Assembly (NCBI RefSeq): GCF_009914755.1 | Contig: NC_060926.1 | From: the human T2T-CHM13v2.0 reference genome, Homo sapiens | Direction: 5' to 3' (one strand) | Length of the DNA stretch: 64,000 nucleotides | Part shown: one piece after another, positions 28,279 to 54,164 of the stretch | How positions within the stretch are numbered: the first letter of the stretch is position 1 | How the letters are laid out: every line of letters begins with the position of its first letter | Translations under genes and position numbers: made by a program | Notes under the pieces: model-generated | The model's database searches: none | What the model was told of the DNA's origin: nothing | The model's input: the letters and a program-made list of their open reading frames with translations, nothing else

Positions 28279-28535
28279 TTCATAAAATCTACAATAATCA
28301 TAGAGATGCACTGCCATAACAGATGCGGTAGGAAAGGGCCCAGTGAGCCTACGGCATTCAGGATTATTTGTTTCTGAACTGCATGGTGCTCCTTCCAATG
28401 TTGGCTTTGCAGACATTTATTCCTTGATTTAACCCACCATGACTAGGACCACCATCACTCACTGATTCACCAGAAACCGGAAGATTGTCTTACTTGTTTT
28501 TATTAATCTTTCTTAAAGATATGTATGGCTCACAT

Positions 28536-29465
28536 TTATTTTATTTTTTGAGACAGAGTTTCGCTCTTGTCGCCCAGGCTGGAGTGCAGTGGTGCAATCT
28601 CGGCTCACTGAAACTTCTGCTTGCTGGGTTCAAGTGATTCTCCTGCCTCAGCCTCCCGAGTATGTATCTGGGATTACAAGTATGTACCACCACACTCGGC
28701 TAATTTTTTTTTTCTTTTTCTTTTCTTTTTTCTTTTTTTTTTGAGACAGAGTCTTGCTCTGTCGCCCAGGCTGGAGTGCAGTAGCGTGATCTTGGCTCGC
28801 TGCAACCTCCACCTCCTGAGTTCAAACGATTCTCCTGCCTCAGCCTCCTGAGTAGCTGGGACTACAGGTGTGTGCCACCACTCCTGGCTAATTTTTTTTT
28901 TTTTTGAGATGGAGTCTCGCTCTGCCACCCAGGCTGGAGTGCTGTGTCGCAATCTGGGCTCACTGCAAGCTCCACCTCCTGGGTTCACGCCATTCTTCTG
29001 CCTCAGCCTCCCGAGTAGCTGGGACTGTAGGCGCCCGCCACCACGCCCAGCTAATTTTTTGTATTTTTAGTAGAGACGGGGTTTCACCGTGTTAGCCAGG
29101 ATGGTCTCCATCTCCTGACCTCGTGATCCACCTGCCTCGGCCTCCCAGAGTGCTGGGATTACAGGCGTGAGCCACCGCTCCCGGTCCTCCTGGCTAATTT
29201 TTGTAGTTTTAGTAGAGACAACGTTTCACCGTGTTCGCCAGGCTGGTCTTGAACTCATGACCTCAGGTGGTCTGTCCGCCTTGGCCTCCCAAAGTGCTAG
29301 GATAACAGGCATGAGCCATCGCACTGGGCCTAATTCTGTATTTTTAGTAGAGATGGGGTTTCACCATGTTGGTCAAGCTGGTCTCAAACTCCTGACCTCA
29401 GGTGATCCACACGCCTTGGCCTCCCAAAGTGCTGGGATTACAGGCATGAGCCAAGGCGTCCAGCC
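28536..29465 (-). mobile_element. Triple nested Alu (AluY inside AluS inside AluS)
   Basis: Arm order R1,R2,[R3,L3],L2,L1; ctcctggctaattttt duplicated at 28881-28896 and 29187-29202 around the inner AluY. Confidence 0.88.
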
Positions 29466-30536
29466 TATTTCTATTTTTAATATTAGAAGTGCCTGGGGTC
29501 TTTATTTTGAAGTTTGGTGGTGCTTTTTTGACCAGAAATATGCTGTAGGAACTTAACTCTTGTTTGTATTAGTTAGCCTATGGTAAAATTGGTTTCGTTA
29601 TACGTTGTTTCACTTAAAGTCACAGTTTATAAGAACCCACTGATGATAAGTGAGAACTTACTTTACCACCAAATGGATGGCTTAAAATAACAACCTTACC
29701 GTCTCACGGTTCTGGAGATTAGAAGTCAAAAATCAGGGTGTTGTGAGGGTCGGGTCCTTGTGAGAGCTGGAGGGAAGGATCCGTTGGAGGCCTCTTGCTG
29801 GCCTGTGGATGGCTGTCTTTATGTTCACATGGTTTTCCCCTGTATCTTCATTTCATCTTTCCTCTGTGTCCAAATTGTCCCATTTTATAAGGACACCCAT
29901 CAGACTGGACACCCATCACTGGGCCCACCCTAATGACCCCACTTTTACTTGATCACCTCTGTAAGGACTCTATCTCCAAATAAGGTTACATTCTGAGGTA
30001 GAGGGGTTGGGGGAGGACACAATTTGACCATATCAGTATAGTACATAGCACATAGTAAGTACTAAATAAATGCTAGCTGCTATTATTCTAATAATGGTAC
30101 TGCAATCCATGGTTACTTACAGTGAACACCCCTGGAAGTCAGGTGACCCTGGTATCCTGGCTGAAAATCAGGCAGCCCTGTGGGTTCCCTATCTGATTAC
30201 ACTGGTGTAAGGGGCTGGGCAGCAGACAAGTGGATTTGCACATGAAGGCCTTGAATTGAGTGTGCTGAAGCTGGGACTTGAACTAGGACTCTTGGCCAGA
30301 TCTGATGGGGCTGGGGCCAGGCACCAGAGCTGAAGCCACATGTGGCCTGGTGTCGTCTTCATTAGCTTGTTGTCCAGGAAAAATATGGCTCCACAGACCT
30401 GCTGGGGAAGATCTGAGCTTCAGGGTTCCTGTCTGCCAGGGGTGCTAGAGTCAGGGTCTGTGGTCTCCCCATAGTTCTGGGACCTATCCTGGAGATCTCC
30501 TTGCATCTCAGGACATCATTGTCTTATTCAAAGCAC

Positions 30537-31144
30537 TTTTTTTTTTTTTGAGATGGAGTTTCACTCTTGTTGCCCAGGCTGGAGTGTAATGGTGTGATCT
30601 CCGCTCACCGCAACCTCTGCCGGGTTCAAGTGATTCTCCTGCCTCAGCCTCCCAAGTAGCCGGGATTATAGGCATGTGCCACCGTGCCCAGCTAATTTTG
30701 TATTTTTAGTAGAGACGGGGTTTCTCCATGTTGGTCAGGCTGGTCTCGAACTCCCGACGTCAGGTTATCTGCCCACCTCAGCCTCCCAAAGTGCTGAGAT
30801 TACAGGCGTAAGCCACCGCACCTGGCCTTTTGTGTGTGTGTGTGTGTGATGGAGTCTCACTCTGTTACCCAGACTGGAATGCAGTGGCATGATCTTGGTC
30901 ACTGCAACCTCCACCTCTGGGTTCAAGCGATTCTCTTGGGTTCAAGCGATTCTCCTGCCTCAGCCTCTTGAGTTGCTGGGATTACAGGCATCTGCCACCA
31001 TGCCCAGATAATTTTTGTATTTTTAGTAGAGACTGGGTTTCACCATGTTGGCCAGGCTGGTCTTGAACTCCTGACCTTAAGTGATCCACCCGCCTTGGCC
31101 TCCCAAAGTGCTGGGATTACAGGTGTGAGCCACTGCGTCTGGCC
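30537..31144 (-). mobile_element. Two tandem Alus separated by (TG)n
   Basis: Alus at about 30537-30827 and 30849-31144; tcaaagcactttt flanks the pair on both sides. Confidence 0.9.
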
Positions 31145-31159
31145 TCAAAGCACTTTTAG

Positions 31160-32790
31160 TTGCCATTGACAAGACCCACTACAACTAATGTAAGAAAAAA
31201 AAGTAAGGGAGGAGTTGTGGCAGAGTGGCAGAGGAGAGGAGGATTTGGAGGATACAGACGTGTCCCATGAAACTCCTAGGCATAGTGTACAGCAGTCCTC
31301 CTACTGCCGGGACCAGTAACTGGGGTGGTGGACCTCAGAACTGAAGTGTTGCTGCCTCTTGCATTCTCTCGGAGGCCATTTACTCTCCCCTCTCAGTTTC
31401 CTGTCCATCTGCTTCTCTCTCTCTCTGAAGATCCCTTCCCAGCTTCTCCAGGCACAGGCTGCCGTCACTGGGACGCCGCCTCGGGCTTGTCAGAAGCATT
31501 TAACTGCGCCACTGACTAGTGTCCTTGAGTCCCAATTCCACATTTTTGGGAGAGAGAATCTAACTGGCAGACAGTCCTGGTTGCCTGCTTAAAAGTCACC
31601 TGCCCCTTCGTTCTTGTCAAGAAAACTCCAGTTTTGTTTCAGGTGCCAACCAATGTGCCCCATCCCAGGTGACTGACTGTGATGGTCTAAGATGATCTTA
31701 TTATTATTATTTTTTTGCCAGATACTTGATTCTACAGCCTCCATACAACTGTGTGATTCAGTCCTGGTAAAGGAGGCATCACTGTGTTCCTACTGGGGGC
31801 CTCATGGAAAAGGTCTTGGTTTCTTAATATCAGATGTTATTTCTGGAGCTGCAGCAGCTATGACATTACAGTGTGACAACCATAGGGACAAGAAGCCAAT
31901 ATGTTGAGGATGGTAGGGTGAAAGAATGGAAAGTGCCAGGGTTTTGATACTGCTAAGCTATGTGAGCAGTCCTGGGCATTGTCTTTTGGACTTCTTGTTT
32001 GTGCAAAAAGTGTACTCATGTTGTTTAAATCATCATTAGTTGGGTTTTCTGTTACTTGTAGCCATAACATTCCTAACATAACCTAATTGCAAGGAGCAGA
32101 AACCGAATGCAAACTGGCTCAATTTTAAATAAAAAAGGAGGGGAAGGAAGACTGGTTCATGTAATAAAATCCAGAGGAATGACTAGACTGGCCCCAGGGG
32201 CTCAGGAAGTCATCAGAGAATGTGCTCCATTCTCTGCAGGTTCCGTGGCTCTGCCTGCCTCTGAGTTTTGGCTTTATCCTCAGGGTCTCCCTTCCATCAA
32301 GATCCCAACACCGGCTATGGCAATTCTAGAGATTTCATTTTCACTCCATACCCCACAGAACAAGAGAGGGAGCAGGGGAGGGGCTCTCTCGTTCTTCCTT
32401 AGAGGAGTCCTGAGTTTCACTGTGATTGGACCAGCCTGGGTCAAGTGCCCATCTCTCAACCAATCACAGACCAAAGGAGATACGCTGATTGGCACATGTC
32501 TGGACTCCCAACCTCCCCACGAACACCAGGCGACAGGGGTGATTTGTTGGCATACTCTCATCTCAGACTGAAGGTGGGGTTGTCCCACTCTGACCGCATG
32601 AGAGAGGGGAGGCTTCCGAAAAGAAATTTGAGGTACTCTTAGCAGAATGGAGGGGAAATACATGTTGGACGGCAAACCACAGGTGTCCACCTCCAGCATA
32701 TGTCCCTTGCTGATCAAGTCAGCTGTGACAGGAAGGGCAGGATCGTGTAGCACAAGCAAGTCTACTGGGATGGGGGTGCAGTTCTCCCAT
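31160..32790. mobile_element. Cluster of old MLT1 (MaLR) LTR fragments
   Basis: ttttctgttacttgtagcc..aacattcctaac end motif near 32080 and tgattggaccagcctgggtca.gtgccca..c.caaccaatcac near 32425. Confidence 0.55.
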
Positions 32791-33390
32791 AAGGGGAATG
32801 ACGGCTGGACAGGTATCTCAGGACGTCTCCACCACCGCTGTTAGGGTTTGTGGCTCCAAGACACTGTGCTGGTGTGATTGCCACGTGCCTCAGAACATTC
32901 AGCTGGTCATGCTTCTCTAGCCATCTCCACTGGCCTGGTACAGGTCTGCAGGGGGCCTAGGGGTCGGCCAAGGAAATGCTGTGGTTGAAGAAGCCTCCTG
33001 GGTTGCAGCTGCATATGCTGGGCAGGGCTTAGGATGTACTTATACAGGAGCCCTGTCCCTACCCATGCCCACTGGCTGTGCCTTGTATCCTCAAGCTGTC
33101 CAGCACAGACATCAGTTTCCTCCCACACTCTTCCCTACCCCCACCACGAAGTTCTTCCATTCCAGGTGGGCACAGAGGTTTCTGTAGAGAGAACTGGGCC
33201 AAGGTGACTTCTAATGTCCTATGATACTCAGGTATAGGAAAAGGTCAATGTTACTCAAAGTATGCCATGCATATTACTGTGGTATGTGACATAGTTTCTT
33301 TTAATAGACATGTATTGTATAAGTATACATTAATTTATATATACATTTTTAAACATGTCTTATTTTAAAAATATTTTTATTCTAAAATAA

Positions 33391-33715
33391 GGCCAGGGCG
33401 GTGGCTCACGCCTGTAATCCCAGCACTTTGGGAGGCCGAGGCGGGTGGATCATGAGGTCAGGAGATCGAGACCATCCTGGCTAACACAGTGAAACCTCGT
33501 CTCTACTAAAAATACAAAAAAAAATTAGCCGGGCGTGGTGGCGGGCGCATGTAGTCCCAGGTACTCGGGAGGCTGAGGCGGGAGAATGGCATGAACCCGG
33601 GAGGCGAGGCAGAGCTTGCAGTGAGCCAAGATCGCGCCACTGCATTCCAGCCTGGGTGACAAAGCGAGACTCTGTCTCAAAATATATATATATATTTATT
33701 ATAAAATAAAATAAA
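33391..33715 (+). mobile_element. AluY-like
   Basis: ggatcatgaggtcaggagatcgagaccatcctggctaacac..gagaatggc..gaacccgggaggc..agcttgcag diagnostic positions. Confidence 0.92.
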
Positions 33716-33939
33716 GACAGAAAAACATACAGAAGATGTAAAGCTGAAAGTAGTATTATAAATATTACAAGGCAAACACCCCAAACCCAAGAACCAGAGA
33801 GTTCTCTGTCCCCATCACAGCCTCCTGCCTCCCTGCAAAAGCAACTACTGCCTGGCTGACACGGTAACCATTCCCTTACTTGTGTTTCATCACCCAAGTG
33901 GGCATTCCTAGATACTCTGGTTCAGTCTTGCCTGGGTGA

Positions 33940-34206
<267 letters not shown>

Positions 34207-34564
34207 TTGAAAATATATCTTTTACCTCTCTGTTAATCTACAGGTTCTCCCTTCACTGCTTTCTTTTCCTTTCAGTTTATCTGTTGAAGAACCTGGGCCA
34301 TTTGACTGTGGTGTTTCTGTTGTATTTTGCTGGCTGCCCACTCGTGCCCACTTGTGCTCCTTTCTCTGTATTTCCTGCCCACATCAGCTGGATCTAGAAG
34401 TTTGATCAGACTCCGCTTGCACCTCTTTGGCGAGGCTCTGGGTGGTGACGTGTTCCTTCATTGGGGAGGCATAATGTCCAGCTGCTTTTCCTTTGTGGTG
34501 TTCACACTATCGATGCTCAATACCTAGGTCCATTAATTTACTGGGAGTTGCAAAATAGTGACAT

Positions 34565-34751
34565 ATATTTTTTTCATTGTGCCGTGATTCAGATTTTATT
34601 GCTTCTCAATTTTGTCATTCCACACAATTTGTAAGTAAATAGACTTCGAGAAAATAGACTGTGGGTGCTAGACAGATGATGGCAACATTAGTGAGACGGC
34701 TTCGGCATTTTACATAAGATAATGGAAAGAGCCGCAGCCGCCACCACTACC
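34565..34751 (-). other. Short orphan retro-insertion (possible processed-transcript 3' end)
   Basis: Minus strand has AATAAA about 20 nt before an A-run; flanked by diverged duplication aaatagtgacat / aaatgatgatat inside L1. Confidence 0.45.
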
Positions 34752-35033
34752 AAATGATGATATTTTAGTTCCATTTTTTTTTTCATTTATTTGCTGGAAT
34801 TCTTTATAAACAGATGCTTCCTTTCATCAATGGGATTGCCCAGTGGTACTGCTCACATAGGAGAGGCAGGTTAAATGCTTCCTTCTGTCCCTACATTTAC
34901 CAGCTTGCAAAATAATATACTGGGTTCCTTATCATCCTCTGGAGGCAACCAATTCATTTTTCTAAATATCATTATGAACTCATGTATTTAAGTATATTTG
35001 ATGGGTTTCAATTTGTTGCAGTTATTACTGTAG

Positions 35034-35387
<354 letters not shown>

Positions 35388-35634
35388 CTCTTTGGGTTGT
35401 CTCTTTTGACACAAGCCCAGTAGAGAATGATGGTTCCTGTGCCATCATGTATCTCAAGATGTTCCAAGCTCCTTTTGTATGTTTTCTCATGCAGCCCTGT
35501 CAGTCGGAAAGGATATTTCATGACCACATGTGGACTCCAGGGATGCTCACTGTTACTGGGTTTGTCATTGTTTCGAGGCCAGAAATAACAGACGTAGAAT
35601 GATAGACAAAATACCTCATGAGTTCATCATACTG

Positions 35635-35929
<295 letters not shown>

Positions 35930-36619
35930 TAATTCTTTATATTAAACATTCCTTTTTCAAATTATTTTGTGGTTTCTCTCTCCTGAATGTTTCCTGAGTA
36001 ATGCAATGTGGTATCAAACATTTTTTTCTTTCTCCTTTTCTTTTAATTTCAGGAGAGTTTCCTTAAATTATAGCTTTTAGTATTTATTTTTCCTGTTCTC
36101 TTGCTTTGATTGTCATTTTCAGGGACTCCTGTTATCTGTGTGTTGGATTTTCTTTGACATTTACAGTATTTGTCATTTTTTTTCTTGAATTCCTTATGTG
36201 TGTTCATTTCTTTTTTATTTAAAAAATTTCTCCCTTTTCACATTCTGTTTCTCATGAAGCATCATTCGAATCACTCATGTGTCTTCTAATTTAATCTTTA
36301 TATGTGAAATCATTTTTCATTTTATTTCAAAATCTGTCCCAGCTGCCATAATCTCATTTCTTGGTCTTTCCAGTTCTGATACTTTTAAGGTATTTTTTCT
36401 TTATTTGAAATCATTAGTATAGTTTTGCTCATTGTATGGATGTTATTCTGCTCTATATTTTCTTTTATTGTCACAGACACTTTGGATGCGATTTCACGTT
36501 GGTACTTTGTATTCCCCATTTTTTATACAAAATTCATTTTCTTGAACTTTCAGAATGAAGTGGGTTGAGAAAGCTTTCCCAACATCACAGTTCTTCTCCA
36601 TATACATAGTGTTAAAAAC

Positions 36620-38270
<1,651 letters not shown>

Positions 38271-38759
38271 GTTGTGAAGTTAGAAGCCGAATTCTGTTTT
38301 TGATAAAAAGTTATTCTACATGCTAGATAGCAAAGTAGAAAGGACTGTGTTTATTTTTGCCTTGGAATTGCAATTAAAGATCAGTCAAGGAACAAGATAC
38401 CCAGAAATGATTAAGAAATTCAAGAATATAATAATGGAAGCGTTCTTTCTGGTTTCATTTTTTTTCCTCCTGATGAGAAAGTGGCCAGAAATTAGGCAAA
38501 TGACTCTTCAAGATTTTTTCCCCAAGGTTTAATCATTACAGTAGTTATTCTCAAAATGCTGTCTGAGAGCCACCCACGTGACAATCACTTTAGGGGACTT
38601 TATTTTTGAAGTCCAGCAGTATTGAATCAGAATTTGAGGAGGCGTTGCCCTAACGTCCGAATTTTTAGCTAGTATCAAACTGATCCATAGATATAATAGA
38701 TTTTTAAGAACTTCGACCATAAGCAAAAGATTGGATCATTCTGTTTTTCTCTTTTCATT

Positions 38760-38888
38760 TCGTTATTCTTTTCATTGAGATGAGGTCGCACTCTGTCACC
38801 CAAGCTGGAGTGCAGTGGTGCAGACCTCGGCTCACTGCAACCTCTGCCTCCTGAGTTCAAGCGATTCTCCTTCCTCAACCTCCCGAGT
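38760..38888 (-). mobile_element. Alu right-arm fragment
   Basis: gagatgaggtcgcactctgtcacc...ctcccgagt. Confidence 0.85.
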
Positions 38889-39166
38889 TCTCTTTTCATT
38901 TCTTTTTGTCATTTTCTTTTCTTTGTTTTCCTCAGCATCTACAATTGTGTCCTTTGGGTGGTGTTGGGCTCTCAATTTCAAGAAATTGCCAAGGCACTGA
39001 TCCCATAATACATGTGGACAAAATCACTAGAATCTTAATATAGTTCGTTCACCTGATTTTAATTTTATAAAACAGAGAAGATCAAAAAAAAAAAAAAAAA
39101 GGAAAATTTACTTCTGAACGATTGAGTATTACAAGTCTCTATTATGCTGTCATGATCTTTTATTTA

Positions 39167-39523
<357 letters not shown>

Positions 39524-39873
39524 TCACATTATAATTAACTAACTCATTTGTTACTATGTCCTGTGACTCTTTAAGATTAAATATGAACAGCACTGAAGAT
39601 TTTGAATAGGGTAAGAACAGATTGCTGTCCTCATTAGAGATAAAACTTAAAATTTTTCTAAAACATTATCGTCGATGTTCAGTGTTCTTTTTCTATTTTG
39701 AAATTCACAATATTGGGACTGGTATTTCTTCTATTGATTGAAGCTGGTTTTCCCCAGGAAACACATAAAGTATTCCTTATATATCTTCCCACTTACTCCT
39801 TTGAAATGAATAATATAATATGTAGTCTCTACACTGTTACAAATTGGAAATCCAAACATAGTAAGAACAAGTG

Positions 39874-40196
<323 letters not shown>

Positions 40197-40663
40197 TGAT
40201 TTACTCTGAGTCTTAACCTAATAATCAGTAGAAATAGGATAAAAACCATGTAACCCTAGGCTTTTTCATTTTTCCTTGAGTGTGGGTTTGACCAATTTTT
40301 TTTTTGAAAATTTCTTTTTTCATTCTACACTTAAATGTATGTGTGTTTAATTTGTATTTATCCTTCTCCCTGTCCCTTCCTTTCCCCCTTTCCATCACAG
40401 AACATCAGTAGACTATGACTATATAATAAGGTCACAGTCGCCATCTAGACTTTGGCATAAACACCAGTTTAACACCCAGAAATTTGCTACTCCTCAAATA
40501 ATGTCTTGGATATTTTTAAAAGAAGTTTTTTTCTCTCCATCTTTTAGTGCCCGCACCTCCAAGTAACATTTATTCAGAGAGGGATACGTACACAACATGG
40601 AAGATTTAATGTAAACTCAAAGTCACTGGTGCAGCCACACTGCACGACAACACTGTTCACAGT

Positions 40664-43186
<2,523 letters not shown>

Positions 43187-43189
43187 ATT

Positions 43190-45985
<2,796 letters not shown>

Positions 45986-45988
45986 GTG

Positions 45989-46306
45989 GGCTGGGCTTGG
46001 TGGTTCACGCCTGTAATTCCAGCATTTTGGGAGGCCGAGGTGAATGGATCACCTGAGGTCAAGAGTTTGAGACCAGCCTGGCCAACATGGCGAAACCCCG
46101 TCTCTACTAAAAATATAAAAATTAGCCAGGCATGGTGGCGGGCGCCTGTAATCCCAGCTACTGAGGAGGCTGAGGCAGGAGAATTGTTTGAATCTGGGGG
46201 TGGGGCAGAGGCTGCAGTGAGCTGAGGTGGTGCCACTGCACTCCAGCCTGGGCAACAAAGCAAGATTCCATCTCAAAAATAAATAAATAAATAAATAAAA
46301 ATAAAA
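45989..46306 (+). mobile_element. AluS with (TAAA)n tail
   Basis: Dimeric Alu. Confidence 0.92.
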
Positions 46307-46338
46307 ATTATTTGTAAGCAATTTGGATGTTTTTCTCC

Positions 46339-46722
46339 TAAAAAATGGGCAAAGGATCTGAATGGATATTTCATATATGCAGATAGATAGACAAAGGTCT
46401 AATAAGCACGTGGAAACATGCTCTACATCATTAGCCAACAGGGCAATGCAAGTCAAAGCCACAATGAGATACCACTTCACAACGGGAATGGTTATAATGA
46501 AAAGACAAGGAGTAACACGTGTTGGTGAGGACAAGGAGAAACTGAGGCCCTCACGTGCGACTGGTGGGAATGTAAAATGGCGCAGCCACTTTGGAAAACA
46601 GCGCCTGGCACTCCCTCAAAATATTAAACATAGAATTGCCATCTGACCCAACAATTTCACCCCTAGATGTACATGCAAAAGAACCGAACACATTTGTCCA
46701 CACAAAAACTTATACACAAATG
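46339..46722 (+). mobile_element. L1M ORF2 3' relic, continuation of the 36620-38270 element
   Basis: aaaaatgggcaaaggatctgaat.gatatttc...ccacaatgagataccacttcaca...ctggtgggaatgtaaaatgg..cagccactttggaaaaca. Confidence 0.88.
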
Positions 46723-48042
46723 GTAACTTACTGTTTTTGCTGTAGGGGTTGGTGGATGGTCAGGCATGGGTTAGGCAGAACCCTGAGTGGGTCTACCTGG
46801 CCCATCCTCTCTCTGGGACAGATTCGTGTTCATTAAATTTATGAGATTGATGTATCAACCCAAAAAAGCCAATTTAGTTCTTTTTGTGTGTGTGAGAAAT
46901 TGTTGATGCCAGAGGAATTAGAAAACTCTCCTGGCCTCACAATCTGTGAATTGTTTTCTCTGCAGTTGACCCATATTTGGAAAAGCAAACCATAAACGGA
47001 AGATTGTTTGCGGAAGATGGGATAAGGACAAGGAGACTTCGTGAATCAACTGGCAGTGACATCCAGTCTACTCGGGAGACACACCCATCTCTCAAAGTGG
47101 TAGCCTTCCCCAGGGGGCAAGAACGCTAGAGGCCATGGCAGAGCTGCTGCCCACAACAAGACTTTGCAGGCCCCATGGGGGCTCCTTTTGTGCGTCCATG
47201 CCCGGCACTCTTCTGGAGGACGCCATCTGTTTTGAGATAGGCTCTTCCACTGGGGAGCTCCTAGCAGAGCCTTCCAGTCCTGGGAGCCTTTCTGGGTCTG
47301 TCAGATGGGCTTACATAGCTGTGCAGTTTCCTTTCCAGACTCTTTTTGATCATTCTTGGAAGGCAGACTTTTCTCCATCTCTACGTTCTTGGGGATTTGA
47401 GGAAAGCCTTATTGGAAGCATCAGGGAGTGCCGGCAGACTCTCACAGAGCTAATCTAGTGCTACAACAGGGCCTCGGAGCCTGGGACTTGAAGTGTGCCT
47501 TTAATCCTATGAAGACAGGCACGTGCACTCCTCACTGTTTGACCCAGCATCCAAGAGACAGGAGGGTGACTATCAGTCATTCTGTGCCATGAGGAGCAAG
47601 TTCATGGACCTTCCTCCACATGGGAGAGTGGATTTTCCAGCAAGGGCTCTGACACAGGAATGGCAGGCTGTGGGTGGCTGTCCACCTGTTTGGTTTTTTC
47701 TCCAAGAGGTAGCTGGGAGAGGGTTAAATGCCATGCATAAGATACTTATTCAGAGACATTAGTAAGCCCTGACCGTCCATGACCTCATAAAAATGCACAC
47801 ACCCTTTCTCTCATCCATATGTAACCTTAGAAAAAATTAACCTGGCCTCAATCATAATTTATATAGGAATACAATATCCCCACTTGTACTTTCACAAAAA
47901 TTCCCTCATCTCTGTCACTAAATGACACACTGATTGAAAGTTTATTACCTGGCATTGAAGGTTTCTATTTATGGCTCTTAGATGTATGGCCCTCAAATAC
48001 AAACAGGAGAGTTCAAGAGTGTCACAAAACAAACTAGTCTAA

Positions 48043-50520
<2,478 letters not shown>

Positions 50521-50851
50521 TAAGGATTTTAGAACAGTAGACTGTCAGTGTTTGGGCAGCTGGCCAGACACAGGAACAAAGCCTGTCCTCAGGATTCCAG
50601 CAGAGACCTGCTCGAGGCCGCGGAATGTTGGGGTTTTCCACTCAGATGTTGACAGTGCTTTCTCACTCTGTACCAGCGTGAAGGCAAAAGCTTTCTCTAG
50701 AGCATTTTCTTCTGCTGAGAGGGGCAATGAGTGTGAGGGTGTTTTTGTAACTGAGTGACAGTGCTGAATTTGTAACTTAAACCCCTGCCCTCCCAGGTGC
50801 ACGCAGGTGCATGATTGGAATATGCACACACTCATATGCTCTGACACACAC

Positions 50852-51158
50852 TTTTTTTTTTTTTGAGACAGGGTTTTGCTCTGTTGCTGAGGCTAGAGGC
50901 TAGAGTGCAGTGGCGCAATCACAGCTCACTGCCACCTTGACATTCCGGAATCAAGTGATCTTCCCACCTCAGCCTCCTGAATAGGTGGGACCGTAGCATG
51001 TGCCATCACACTTGGCTAATTTGTTTGTATTTTTTGTGTAGTGACGGGGGTCTCACTATGTTGCCCAGGCTGGTCTTGAACTCCTGGGTTCCAGTGATCT
51101 TCCGGCCTCAGCTTCCCAAAGTGCTGGGATTACAGGTGTGAGCCCCCATGCCCCGCCC
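50852..51158 (-). mobile_element. AluJ
   Basis: Diverged Alu with caagtgatcttcccacctcagcc and tcactatgttgcccagg. Confidence 0.9.
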
Positions 51159-51440
51159 TGTCTTTAAATTAGATTATTAAATTAAAAGCATTTCAAAGCA
51201 GAAAACAATGTGGCTTTTTAGACTAAGTTTCTGAACTTGTCTCTTGTTGGCTGAGGACAGTCACTTGTACAAAGACATCAGGATTCACACAGGGCCCTGC
51301 CCTGCCCCACCCTCTTGACCCCACTCAGGCCACCACCAACCCCTTAACCGACATACACACCTGTTCCTCTTTGGTGCAGAAGAGAGACAGTAGAATCAAG
51401 AGATGGGAAGTGACTCAAGGTCTCCCATCCACTCTCGTCA

Positions 51441-52110
<670 letters not shown>

Positions 52111-52125
52111 TCAAGAGCGAAATGA

Positions 52126-52608
<483 letters not shown>

Positions 52609-52849
52609 AACCGTAGGATTTTCTTAAGGAGCAAACACTCAGTGGGCATTGAGGGTATAGGCCAATGGGCTCTCTCAGATGTTTCTGGGATCAACTGGTA
52701 AAATCCCTTTACCCCAAATGGGGAAGCCATTTGGCATGAACGCTGATGTTTTAACTTTTTGACCCACTAATTTCTAGGAATACTATCCTAAGAAAATAAT
52801 TCTAAACATGGGAAAAGCTCAATGTCCAATTATTTTCAATATAACTTTT

Positions 52850-52850
52850 A

Positions 52851-52881
<31 letters not shown>

Positions 52882-53164
52882 TTTTTTTGAGTTGGAGTCT
52901 CGCTTTGTCATCCAGGCTGGAGTGCAATCTTGGCTCACTGAAACCTCTGCATCCCGGGTTCAAGTGACTCTCCTGCCTCAGCCTCCTGAGTAGCTGGGAC
53001 CACAGGCATGCACCACCATGCCCAGCTAATTTTTGTATTTTTAACAGAGACAGGGTTTCACCATGTTGGCCAGGCTGGTCTGGAACTCCTGACCTCAAAT
53101 GATCCACTTGCCTTGGCCTCCCAAACTGTGCTGGGATTACAGGCATGAGTCACCGTGCCCGGCC
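52850..53164 (-). mobile_element. AluS
   Basis: Dimeric Alu in reverse complement. Confidence 0.9.
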
Positions 53165-54164
53165 TATAACACTGTTATAGAGGGGCATAAAAGCAGAAAC
53201 AATCGAGTTGTACATGTGCCTGGGGTTTGGTAAATATTTAATTACTTGTACTCTACATTGTTTTCTCCCATTGCGAGGAACAATGATTCACATAGGGCTT
53301 GTTTCTAGGATGCCAAGCCTGAGACAGGAAAGCTGCCCAGACCAAGTCACCCTGGGGTCTCTGTCCTTCCTCCAGGGCCTTCCTGCAGGTCTCACCCCAC
53401 AACTACTCCCCTTTCTTTGTGTATCTGCTCTAACCTTCATTTGTTCCTGCATGTGGCCAGGACCCAAGATCCATTGCCTCTTTCTTCCTAGCTAACAAAA
53501 CCCTCTCCCTGTCTCTGCCCCCGCCTCCCTTTCTGGAATCTGCAGCCCAAATGTGCTGGGTGCTGATTCTCATGTTTTCTCCCCTCTCTCTGTAGCTCTG
53601 GGACAGAACTGAACATTCCTTCAAATGCCATCTGAAGACAAAATCAAAACTGCTTTCAAATTCTTTTAAAACCATTACATAAAATATAAATTGCTTGTCA
53701 ACTTCATAAATAGCGAGAAGCAATGAATCGGCTGTCCATTTGCTAAATTCATCAAATTGGTCATTCAGAGAAACTGGTAAAAAGAATTATAAAAACGCTA
53801 AATATTGGCAAAACAGAAAATGACTTTTAAAATAATTCAAGAGAAATCAGTATAAACTGAAAGATTCTTGTATCGAATATGTTATGAATTTGGAATATCA
53901 TTATATAAAGAGTGTGATCAGAAAAAAGCTAAGTTGACCCTCTCATTCTCAACAATTTAAACATTTCTTAAAATGCCAGTAAGATAGTAAAGAATAATAT
54001 TAAATATGTAAAAAGCATATTCCCTAAAATGGTGACTGGAAAATCAGTGTACTGACTAAGCTTGGTGAGTTGGTCATGTAGTGACCAATTGATAAAAGAT
54101 GGATTCTCGTGGAATTTATTGTGAAACCCACCACTGACTTGCCCTAAGAAAGTCATGGGTAGTT

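Noticed and set aside
34753-34762. Box C-like atgatga suggesting a snoRNA
   Set aside because: No suitably placed box D or terminal stem; better explained as L1-derived TSD sequence.
53600-54150. AT-rich block with short inverted motifs (ttggtcatgtagtgaccaa), possibly an ancient DNA transposon
   Set aside because: I could not assign a family or termini by eye; it needs a Dfam search.
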